Shown here: positions 28,008 through 35,535 of the stretch, piece after piece
How positions within the stretch are numbered: position 1 is the stretch's first letter
Layout: each line of letters begins with the position of its first letter
Source: a virus
Virus record (IMG/VR): IMGVR_UViG_3300042375_000684
DNA length: 64,000 nt
Strand: one strand, 5' to 3'
Made by a program: the position numbers and the translations under genes
Notes under the pieces: model-generated
Databases searched by the model: none
What the model was told of the DNA's origin: nothing
The model's input: only the letters and a program-made list of their open reading frames with translations

Positions 28008-29072
28008 TTATCCAATGTTAATGAAGTTGTCGATGATATGAAAATGATCTTCGAAGAGCTTCTCTTGTTTGACTTGGTTGAATGGAACCCAGAACGCTTT
28101 TTCAGCATCATCGGAACCTTTGACCTTTGGAAGTTCACCAACACCAAGGTCAATCAAGAATGCCTGTGTGATGGTACGACCACGAGATGAGCGGTTCGGA
28201 GCATCAAAAGTCTTGGACTCTTTGATAGAACCCTTGAGAACGGGAACAGGAACCTTGATTTTTGTTTCCTCTTTCAACTCACGGATAGCCCCATCAAGCA
28301 TAGTTTCATCTTGATTGAGGAACCCGCCAGGCAGCGCCCATAGTCCTTTTCCTGGCATGTCGCCACGTTTCACGAGAAGGATGTGACCTGACTGAATAAC
28401 AACAGAGTCAACAGTCATGAAGGTTGGTGGGAACGGCGCAGATTTCCAAGCTTCCTTGTATTTCTTGACCATATCATATTCTTTAGAAAGAGTATCCCAT
28501 GCACCGCCAATTTTGGCATTTTGCATGATAGTATTAGCCATCGCATCATATGAAGGTTTTGGCATTGCGGCAGCAATTTTACTTGGGGACCCATTTTCAC
28601 CGAACAACATCTTCCGAATATCAGTAGCATTGATACCGTTAACATCACCAACTTCGACATGGTCCTTCCAACGAGGAAAGATGTTCAAGTAGTAACTAGT
28701 ACTGTCCTTCGAATGACCGATAAGACCAACATCTTTTGCATCAGGGACGGTTTCATCAACAATCTTCTGGATCGCGTTGACCCACTTGTTGTCGTCATAT
28801 GGAAAGTCAGAGACTGGAACCACTTTGATGCGAGGTGTCTTGTTTCGACCCTGTGCACCGTCATAAGTGAAGTGCTTTGGTTCATTGAAGCAAGCTTCAA
28901 TCATAGTCTTGCGTTCTTGGAATGTAAAGGGATTTCGGATATTTCGTGCGGCAAAAGAGGAACCGACTACGATTACTACTTCTTTTGCTTGTTCTAATGC
29001 AGCATCAATAACTGCTTTGTGTCCATTGTGAAACGGTTGGAATCTTCCGATAAAAACTAGTGCATCGCGCAT
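28008..29072 (-). CDS. nadM: bifunctional NMN adenylyltransferase / Nudix ADP-ribose hydrolase (NadM-Nudix)
   Basis: GRFQPFHNGH, NPF, INATDIR; Nudix box GGFLNQDETMLDGAIRELKEET; start at MRDALV. Confidence 0.93.
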   Translation of the reverse strand: MRDALVFIGRFQPFHNGHKAVIDAALEQAKEVVIVVGSSFAARNIRNPFTFQERKTMIEACFNEPKHFTYDGAQGRNKTPRIKVVPVSDFPYDDNKWVNAIQKIVDETVPDAKDVGLIGHSKDSTSYYLNIFPRWKDHVEVGDVNGINATDIRKMLFGENGSPSKIAAAMPKPSYDAMANTIMQNAKIGGAWDTLSKEYDMVKKYKEAWKSAPFPPTFMTVDSVVIQSGHILLVKRGDMPGKGLWALPGGFLNQDETMLDGAIRELKEETKIKVPVPVLKGSIKESKTFDAPNRSSRGRTITQAFLIDLGVGELPKVKGSDDAEKAFWVPFNQVKQEKLFEDHFHIIDNFINIG

Positions 29073-29074
29073 TT

Positions 29075-29118
29075 GCAAAAACTCCTTTTGCTATATTGAG
29101 TGATCCTCTCTGGATCAC
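29075..29118 (-). promoter_or_regulatory. two-hairpin 5' leader, copy B (NMNAT-Nudix)
   Basis: GTGATCC-AGAGA-GGATCAC, N8, GCAAAA-GGAGT-TTTTGC, AA, ATG. Confidence 0.8.
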
Positions 29119-29123
29119 ATGTT

Positions 29124-29154
29124 TATTTATAATCTATAGTTGGTATTTTGTCAA
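29124..29154 (-). promoter_or_regulatory. overlapping sigma70 (TTGACA-N17-TATAAA) and T4-late (TATAAATA) promoter
   Basis: minus strand TTGACAAAATACCAACTATAGATTATAAATA. Confidence 0.6.
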
Positions 29155-29157
29155 CAA

Positions 29158-29799
29158 TTATTTACGACCAGTTGGGCAATTTCGTTCGGCACCACGTTTC
29201 TGGTATGTTTCAGCAATCGCCAATTCATGATTAATTGAGTTACCTTTCAGTGCATACACATCTTTTGAAACACTGATTTTAACAAATGTACGAATACCAG
29301 GTTGAATGTTTGTATCAACTTTATGCAAGACTCGTTGATCAAGTTTCATGAGGTTCTTATTTGCATAACGGAATTGTTTTGACGGATCAGGTTCACATAA
29401 TTGGTTCATTTCATCTAGTGAATGAACATGATCAGCAGAAAAACTGTGAAGTGAATTGTCACAGAAAAACACTGTGGGATTTTTGTCAGACCAAATGTAG
29501 TTTAGATCACCCGTCATAAAACCATCGCTGTGCCAACCAGGGCGATTGCCAGGTGTTTCGGGTTTGACATAAAGTGTTTTTGCAGTAATGTAAACATAAT
29601 CATTGTCCCATTCATCGGCACGATCAAGTTTTACTTTTTCAACTAATGGCAAGAATTGCATTAGATTTGCGGGGATTACGGTATCAGACATGCCAGGAGT
29701 TTTAATTGGACAATACATCCAAAACATCATTTCAGTAGGATCAAGTTCTACCGGACCTAAATTTTCAGGTTGGGTTCCATAAATCTTATCAGTCGTCAT
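29158..29799 (-). CDS. putative 2-oxoglutarate/Fe(II) oxygenase-like (DSBH) protein
   Basis: GWHSDG (HxD), distal LH, and RTFVKIS Arg; inferred fold. Confidence 0.6.
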   Translation of the reverse strand: MTTDKIYGTQPENLGPVELDPTEMMFWMYCPIKTPGMSDTVIPANLMQFLPLVEKVKLDRADEWDNDYVYITAKTLYVKPETPGNRPGWHSDGFMTGDLNYIWSDKNPTVFFCDNSLHSFSADHVHSLDEMNQLCEPDPSKQFRYANKNLMKLDQRVLHKVDTNIQPGIRTFVKISVSKDVYALKGNSINHELAIAETYQKRGAERNCPTGRK

Positions 29800-29802
29800 G
29801 AT

Positions 29803-29844
29803 GCAAAAACTCCTTTTGCGGTATCAATGATCCTCTCTGGATCA
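29803..29844 (-). promoter_or_regulatory. two-hairpin 5' leader, copy C (2OG-like gene)
   Basis: TGATCC-AGAGA-GGATCA, N8, GCAAAA-GGAGT-TTTTGC, ATC, ATG. Confidence 0.8.
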
Positions 29845-29992
29845 GATGCTTATTTATTAATTTGCTTTACAGATGCGAACCATCCAACGGTAAAAACCGA
29901 ATTTTCGGCTTTGACTGACTTTAGCACCTTGAGAAAGAATAAAGTCACGGTCGATATTCATCTTACGTAGAGGCATGTGTTGTTCCTTTTCA

Positions 29993-30034
29993 CCTTATAG
30001 AATCAGTATAAACTATTCAGGTGGTACTGTCAAC
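29993..30034 (-). promoter_or_regulatory. class-1 repeated early promoter
   Basis: TTGACA-N17-TATACT-GATTC-TATAAGG; drives a ~39-codon ORF and then leader C. Confidence 0.8.
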
Positions 30035-30338
30035 CCTTCTTTTCACAATCGGGATAAGTACAATGCAAATTATGTAAAGGGCAGTTACCGTTTTCATCTT
30101 TGTTTGGACATATTGACTCTGTTTCTTCTAATAGACTAATGAGTCGTTCAGCACCTGCTTTTGCATCAGCTGCCATTACATCAGGTGAATATCCAAGCAG
30201 ATATGCAGCAACCATGGCACCATAAAGGGAAGCAAGAAGATCATCAGCATCTTTACTATCTTCAAGTTGTTGCAGCCATTCCTGTAGGTGAATGGCTGCA
30301 TTATTATTGATTTTCTTTACTCGTTCATCTTCACTCAT
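30030..30338 (-). CDS. hypothetical protein with C-terminal Cys/His cluster
   Basis: CPNKDENGNCPLHNLHCTYPDC. Confidence 0.55.
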   Translation of the reverse strand: MSEDERVKKINNNAAIHLQEWLQQLEDSKDADDLLASLYGAMVAAYLLGYSPDVMAADAKAGAERLISLLEETESICPNKDENGNCPLHNLHCTYPDCEKKG

Positions 30339-31114
30339 TTCACATATCCTACTCTCTGGTCAAGTGTATAGTCACCAAAGAACACAAGATCAAGTTCTTG
30401 AATTTTAGTTCGTTTAACAAGAACATCAGCATCTGGACGTTTATGTTCTGGTATCTTCATAAGTTCTGCTTGAGTCAAATATGACTCAACAGTAACTGGC
30501 TTTGCATAAGTGCCATACTTATATTTGTTTGGAAGCTCGGCCCAATCAGTAAAATAGTCAGACTTAAGAAGTGCTTTCATTTCTTCACCTGATAGACCGT
30601 GCATCTTCGAATGACCCACAGTCCAACGAAATAGTGATGAAATACTGTTCTTTCGAGCATCTTGAACACGCCACAAAAGTACGTTTGATGCTTCGGCAAG
30701 GTCAGGAACAGCCCATGCACGGCAGTCAAAGAAAGCAGGTTTATCCATCTTTACACACTCAGAAAGAGTGGCATTAAAATGGAATGTTGCCATAGATGCA
30801 AGGATCGAGTTGATCTTTGATACTTTACCACCGAACATATATTCAGATGACTTCTCACCTGGTGTGTAGATCAATGTGATTTCGTCCGATTGTGTATACC
30901 CAATACTTGCATGAGTGTACTTGACAAGGTTCATCATAGTGTTGACCATGACACCACCAAGGATATCATCGAATGGCTTCTTGAAACCTTTTGTGAATTT
31001 ACTGAAACCTTTGCCGTCGATCCGAACACAAAGGATCTTATCAATTGGTACATAAGCTTCTGTATATTCGTGTTCGTGTGCTTTCATCCTGTCGCCAAAT
31101 TCATCGTTTTTCAT
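30335..31114 (-). CDS. thg1: tRNA(His) guanylyltransferase Thg1-like protein
   Basis: FGDRMK, RIDGKGFSKFT, YTQSDEI, FDCR, WRVQDA motifs. Confidence 0.92.
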   Translation of the reverse strand: MKNDEFGDRMKAHEHEYTEAYVPIDKILCVRIDGKGFSKFTKGFKKPFDDILGGVMVNTMMNLVKYTHASIGYTQSDEITLIYTPGEKSSEYMFGGKVSKINSILASMATFHFNATLSECVKMDKPAFFDCRAWAVPDLAEASNVLLWRVQDARKNSISSLFRWTVGHSKMHGLSGEEMKALLKSDYFTDWAELPNKYKYGTYAKPVTVESYLTQAELMKIPEHKRPDADVLVKRTKIQELDLVFFGDYTLDQRVGYVK

Positions 31115-31364
31115 GTCTTGCTACTTCTTTCACAACTTCAATAAAATTATCCCATGTTAATTCTTCTCTGGTTATATTAATTTTCCTACCCTTATGAGAA
31201 TCATTGGGCTCCAGTGTCACCCAAAAACAATCTATATCATTTTGTGACAAATGTAAAGGGAAAAATCCAAGTTCTCGAACCTTTGTTCTAAGATCTTCTA
31301 GAATATCTTCTCTTCGTCCAAAGTGACCTGGATCAAAACTTTCAATTGTCTGCTTTAGATTCAT
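31101..31364 (-). CDS. hypothetical protein
   Basis: MNLKQTIES..., trimmed from the track ORF. Confidence 0.5.
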   Translation of the reverse strand: MNLKQTIESFDPGHFGRREDILEDLRTKVRELGFFPLHLSQNDIDCFWVTLEPNDSHKGRKINITREELTWDNFIEVVKEVARHEKR

Positions 31365-31590
31365 CTTTTGATTTCCAGTTAAGTTTAAACAACTTTGCAA
31401 GCATCCATGCACTTCCGATAATAATAATAGCAGGGACTGTAATGAACCAAAGCATAGCAAACATAAACACCATGAAAAGTCCAAGTATTGTATCTTCAGT
31501 TAATGGATATTTCTTTTTATTTTGGTGGACAAATACAAAAATACTTCCGACAAGCATTGTAAGTGCAAACATAATAGCATAGATACTCAT
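31342..31590 (-). CDS. small multi-TM membrane protein
   Basis: two to three hydrophobic segments. Confidence 0.6.
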   Translation of the reverse strand: MSIYAIMFALTMLVGSIFVFVHQNKKKYPLTEDTILGLFMVFMFAMLWFITVPAIIIIGSAWMLAKLFKLNWKSKDESKADN

Positions 31591-32213
31591 TACAAATCTC
31601 CTTTTAGAATACGGGCTAGATTCATGGTAGATACGATACCTCGCATCACTTGTTTGTAAAATTCACGATGATCTGGATCAGTTTCCATGTTCTTTTGAAC
31701 TCGATCATATAGACCACCCATGAACTTGATGTTGTTATCTACAAATGTGACTTCATTAATATTATAGAGGTTCATTGATTCATCCATAATAGATTGAAAA
31801 TTGTAGAAGGTATCAAGTGGACTTGTCAATGCATGAAGGTCTGCACGAATGATAGCAGAAGAATTAACTACACTTGCATGAACAGCATGATCGGTGGTCC
31901 GCATAATCAGACTGTAAACCTGAGCTTGTGTCGAAGGACTCAATTCACATCCGCTATACTCAGAAACCATTTTAACAAAAATCTTAGCAGATCTAAGTTC
32001 TTTTTCCGGCAATGCGTCATACACAATATCATGAAATAGAACAGCCCAATCAAGAGCTTCATCATAAGGTTCGTCGGTTTTGTGTAGATACTCGTACATA
32101 GCAAGAACATGACATCCATTGTGGTATTCGCAATCAGAATAATCTAGAATATCCCAGGCGGCGCTTCCAAGTTCCGTATCTGCAATTTTGGTCCAGTTCA
32201 TGTAATAACCCAA
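31590..32213 (-). CDS. HD-domain phosphohydrolase
   Basis: YHNGCHV, FHDIVYD, TTDH, ADL motifs; start may be 32201. Confidence 0.8.
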   Translation of the reverse strand: MGYYMNWTKIADTELGSAAWDILDYSDCEYHNGCHVLAMYEYLHKTDEPYDEALDWAVLFHDIVYDALPEKELRSAKIFVKMVSEYSGCELSPSTQAQVYSLIMRTTDHAVHASVVNSSAIIRADLHALTSPLDTFYNFQSIMDESMNLYNINEVTFVDNNIKFMGGLYDRVQKNMETDPDHREFYKQVMRGIVSTMNLARILKGDL

Positions 32214-32533
32214 TCATTTTTGTTAATAACATCCGTAGCATCAACTTCATCCAAAGTTTGGAAATGCGGTGCCAGTTTTTCTTCATACTGTTTTGCGACA
32301 CTCATGCCATATGAACTTGCGCCATATGTATCTTTATGACACGCATATGTGGAACCACTAGAACCAATGAAGAGATAATAATCATCTTCTTCAATCAGTT
32401 TAGTAATCCCGCTATTCATACGCCAGCTGTCACTGCCACCGTATCCACCATACCAAGATCCAAAGACTCGGTAGTGTGGATCTTTACCAGTAATCTTGAT
32501 AATCATCCACTTATCTGGTTGATAGTAACTCAT
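32198..32533 (-). CDS. conserved phage hypothetical protein
   Basis: PDKW, SWYGGYGGSDSWRMNSGI, SGSTYAC motifs. Confidence 0.7.
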   Translation of the reverse strand: MSYYQPDKWMIIKITGKDPHYRVFGSWYGGYGGSDSWRMNSGITKLIEEDDYYLFIGSSGSTYACHKDTYGASSYGMSVAKQYEEKLAPHFQTLDEVDATDVINKNDWVIT

Positions 32534-33219
32534 GGTTTACCTCTCTTTCGTTGCATCTCTGGCCACGTAACTTCCAATGTTTCCATATCTACGTCAATGT
32601 AGCTGAGTTCATTTAGGCAAATGAAGCGCGTTCCATCAATCACCTCGTCTGCATCGCAGTGCCAGTGGCCAAAAATGTGAAGTTTTGGTTTATGAATTTC
32701 AAACATCGTTTCAAATGCCGAACCTGTTCTAGTACGATATTGAGCACCAGATAGTGATTTATTCCGTTCAATAAACAACTTGTTTGAAACTGAAAGCGGA
32801 CAATCGTGAGTCACCATCACTCGAGGCTGAACAGTTTCATAGATCGAGATCAGTCGATTAAATTCTTCATATGAAAGTTCTTCATCTTCAAATAGATCAA
32901 TACCTTTTGTGCGCCATTGATAATCAATAGACCAAGCACCGCCAATAAACATCACGTCATTTTGAATAGTACCATCTTTAATCCATGGCAGCATTTCTCG
33001 GCACTGAGCAGGATTATCGTGATTACCACGGATGAAGTGGCCATTCACTCGAATTAACATATCTTCGAGTGACTCATGCCAAAAATCACCTTGACCCATG
33101 CCGACATTCATGTCACCGACTTGGATCACAGTATTGACATCATTGGGAATATTGTCTAGTACAAGACTCAACTCATATTTGTAACCGTGTACATCACCAA
33201 TAAACCTAGTTTTAGCCAT
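32530..33219 (-). CDS. calcineurin-like metallophosphoesterase
   Basis: GDVHG, QVGD, RGNHD, THD, FGHWH motifs. Confidence 0.88.
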   Translation of the reverse strand: MAKTRFIGDVHGYKYELSLVLDNIPNDVNTVIQVGDMNVGMGQGDFWHESLEDMLIRVNGHFIRGNHDNPAQCREMLPWIKDGTIQNDVMFIGGAWSIDYQWRTKGIDLFEDEELSYEEFNRLISIYETVQPRVMVTHDCPLSVSNKLFIERNKSLSGAQYRTRTGSAFETMFEIHKPKLHIFGHWHCDADEVIDGTRFICLNELSYIDVDMETLEVTWPEMQRKRGKP

Positions 33220-33448
33220 TCTTTTTCTCTTTCAAGTAAACATAGACTGTGTTCATTGAATTACTATGCGCTGGTCCTGCAAAGTTCCACTGAACGTGAT
33301 CAACCCACCCGCCTGCTTTATCACCGTCGACAAATTCACCAACTCGTGGGATGTGAAAAGGATCATCAATGTAAAATTTATTATCAGAAACTCCATTCTG
33401 ATCAATTTCTATAACCCACATACGAAGTTTCATTTGATTCAGACTCAT
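33212..33448 (-). CDS. hypothetical protein
   Basis: 78-aa ORF with GGAG RBS. Confidence 0.55.
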   Translation of the reverse strand: MSLNQMKLRMWVIEIDQNGVSDNKFYIDDPFHIPRVGEFVDGDKAGGWVDHVQWNFAGPAHSNSMNTVYVYLKEKKNG

Positions 33449-33465
33449 TTGATTCTCTCCATTGA

Positions 33466-33488
33466 TATAGAATCAGTATATACTATTC
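33466..33488 (-). promoter_or_regulatory. class-1 promoter core lacking a canonical -35
   Basis: AATAGTA-TATACT-GATTC-TATA present; no TTGACA 17 nt upstream. Confidence 0.5.
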
Positions 33489-33537
33489 TTCGAAAACTTC
33501 GACCCTATCACTAAAGGTCTCGACCATTTCCAAAACC

Positions 33538-33750
33538 TCAAGTAACCGATTTGGCAGGTTTAACAGGCTTGTTAGCCTTGCGGAACTCGCGGCGGCGCCG
33601 CGCAACCAATTCGCGAGTAGCACGGGGAGATTCGTTGCCTGGTGCCAAGAAAGGTTGGAAAACAGTTGCTCCTTTATTACGAAGGAATTCGTCAATCAGA
33701 TCGCGGGACTCAGGTGTAATATCGTCGCGGCCAGTTTGAGGTTGTGCCAT
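33538..33750 (-). CDS. small basic hypothetical protein
   Basis: AAGGAA RBS; IDEFLRNKG motif; Arg-rich tail. Confidence 0.6.
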   Translation of the reverse strand: MAQPQTGRDDITPESRDLIDEFLRNKGATVFQPFLAPGNESPRATRELVARRRREFRKANKPVKPAKSVT

Positions 33751-33839
33751 GGGGTATTTCCTTTTGTTGTATTTTCGATATATTATATATATCAGGTTCT
33801 GTAGGTATTGTCAACCGATTCTTTTGGTACTACGAGTTT

Positions 33840-34022
33840 TTATTTTACAAGTCCTTGGTCTAACCAATCCATCATTAAAATTTTGAGGTCCTCAATTGAT
33901 TGACATTCGAGGACCTCTTGTATTCGTTTTTCTTTTTGAATTAGTTCACGTTGTTCTTTTATGATCTCGCGAACTTGACTTGGTGTCAGACCGATTTCTC
34001 TGCCTTTTGCAATCAAGTTCAT
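33840..34022 (-). CDS. hypothetical protein
   Basis: 60-aa ORF with TAATG coupling. Confidence 0.5.
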   Translation of the reverse strand: MNLIAKGREIGLTPSQVREIIKEQRELIQKEKRIQEVLECQSIEDLKILMMDWLDQGLVK

Positions 34023-34522
34023 TAGATCTTGTTTCCATAGATATCATACAGATGAACCTCATCAAATCCTTCACCAAGAGTCGGTTCAACATATGAATCA
34101 GCCATGGTTTCAATGATATGCATTGGAATGATCTTACCAGGACGTGCACCTAGACGAATACCAAGTTCAAGCCATTCATCTCCAGTCTGTGGAGGTACAC
34201 GACAGATACAGATTTTCCGATACGACTTTGGAAACTTCGACAGGATACCAAGGCGCTTCTTGGAAGACATGTTTGTCTGGTCGATTATGACATCTTTGCC
34301 TTTTTGTATAGCAAAACCAAGAAGACTATTACAGGCGGCTGTAGCAGCCTTGATAGTATGTGCAAATTCTTCATTGTAAGATGTACCCATTCGTCTAGCT
34401 ACATCTTCAATATAATTATCGGTGCTGTAAATAAAACCATCAAAATCTTCAGGAATAGAAGTAGACTTGCCTGAACCAGGCAGACCAACGAGAACAGTTA
34501 AAGTAGGCATTGTTAACTCCAA
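34022..34522 (-). CDS. AAA_33 / polynucleotide-kinase-like P-loop kinase
   Basis: VGLPGSGKST, YSTD, IIDQTN, R-x3-R lid; likely start MPTL at 34510. Confidence 0.82.
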   Translation of the reverse strand: MELTMPTLTVLVGLPGSGKSTSIPEDFDGFIYSTDNYIEDVARRMGTSYNEEFAHTIKAATAACNSLLGFAIQKGKDVIIDQTNMSSKKRLGILSKFPKSYRKICICRVPPQTGDEWLELGIRLGARPGKIIPMHIIETMADSYVEPTLGEGFDEVHLYDIYGNKI

Positions 34523-34785
34523 TCCATATCAATTTCTTCAGTTTGCGAACCGGGTGCATAAACGACACCATTCATGCTGATAGTACCCGGACCTATCCAT
34601 GTCCAATTCATACCTGAGCGCCAGGTATTTTTTTCTGACATGCCAACCACTCGTAAGTCACCAATAGCAAGGGAGTGAGCAGAATATGATGCGTCAATTA
34701 CAGCAACAATTTCACCCGCAAGCAGTCTTTGCCTCGCATCTTCAACTTGTTTGACTTTTTCGTCATGCGACATAAGTTTCAGCAT
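34513..34785 (-). CDS. hypothetical protein
   Basis: first gene after a class-1 promoter. Confidence 0.55.
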   Translation of the reverse strand: MLKLMSHDEKVKQVEDARQRLLAGEIVAVIDASYSAHSLAIGDLRVVGMSEKNTWRSGMNWTWIGPGTISMNGVVYAPGSQTEEIDMDWS

Positions 34786-34799
34786 TTCTGTTTCCTCTA

Positions 34800-34841
34800 C
34801 CTTATAGAATCAGTATAAACTATCTAAGAGATAATGTCAAC
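34800..34841 (-). promoter_or_regulatory. class-1 repeated early promoter
   Basis: TTGACA-N17-TATACT-GATTC-TATAAGG. Confidence 0.8.
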
Positions 34842-35077
34842 TTGTTTGTTTGATAAATTCTTCATCAACAATACGAGTCATATTGATTCATCCAACCAAA
34901 ATGGTATCTTTCCAGACTGACCAGTAACCTAGACCAAGTTCTTTTTGAAACCGAACATCTGGGCCGTGAACCGACCCCTTAAACATTTCCTTTCCGACTT
35001 CTGCTGAAGTGACAGCTAATGGGCAGGAAGGATCAGCGGCGAGAATACAAATATAATGAAGTTTTTTATTTGAATTT

Positions 35078-35287
35078 TTATCCCAAAACTTTCATATAAT
35101 CACGACTCCAAGCATGGAGAGTTTGAAGAAGTGCATGGTATGTCCCGCACTTGATCTTTTTGCCGGACTCTTTGTGGATACCAATCCACCCGTTGCATGT
35201 GTACATTGTCCACTCTTTTTTGAGTTCATCGACAAGTTCAGCGGTAGGTTTGAAAACAGTGAAACCGGTCATATTGGGGTTATTCAT
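35078..35287 (-). CDS. hypothetical protein
   Basis: AAGGAACC RBS below a class-1 promoter. Confidence 0.55.
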   Translation of the reverse strand: MNNPNMTGFTVFKPTAELVDELKKEWTMYTCNGWIGIHKESGKKIKCGTYHALLQTLHAWSRDYMKVLG

Positions 35288-35302
35288 TTGAGGTTCCTTT
35301 CA

Positions 35303-35343
35303 CCTTATAGAATCAGTATAAACTATTCTAATGCAAATGTAAA
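35303..35343 (-). promoter_or_regulatory. class-1 repeated early promoter (TTTACA -35)
   Basis: TTTACA-N17-TATACT-GATTC-TATAAGG. Confidence 0.78.
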
Positions 35344-35535
35344 TAGTAAAAATTATCTTTTTGCTATTTTGTTTCCTCGAAGAAACCCCAAGTTGTTGAT
35401 CTAGTATCTTTTTTTAAGTTGTTCCAAGACTTTCAGCAGAATTTCTCTGTCTTTGTAAGATCCGGTTCTGTTGATTAGTTGTTCTAATTCTTGGATGAGT
35501 GACATAAAGAATCTCCTTGTGCTCCAGAAGATTAT

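Noticed and set aside
27444-29844. Leader hairpins as terminators or plain CsrA sites
   Set aside because: There is no U-tract after the first hairpin, the elements abut start codons, and the first loop (AGAGA) lacks the GGA that CsrA requires.
34961-35042. SAM-II-like start (TCGCCGCTGAT) and a tRNA T-loop-like GTTCA hairpin
   Set aside because: The remaining SAM-II consensus and a cloverleaf are absent; the matches are too short.
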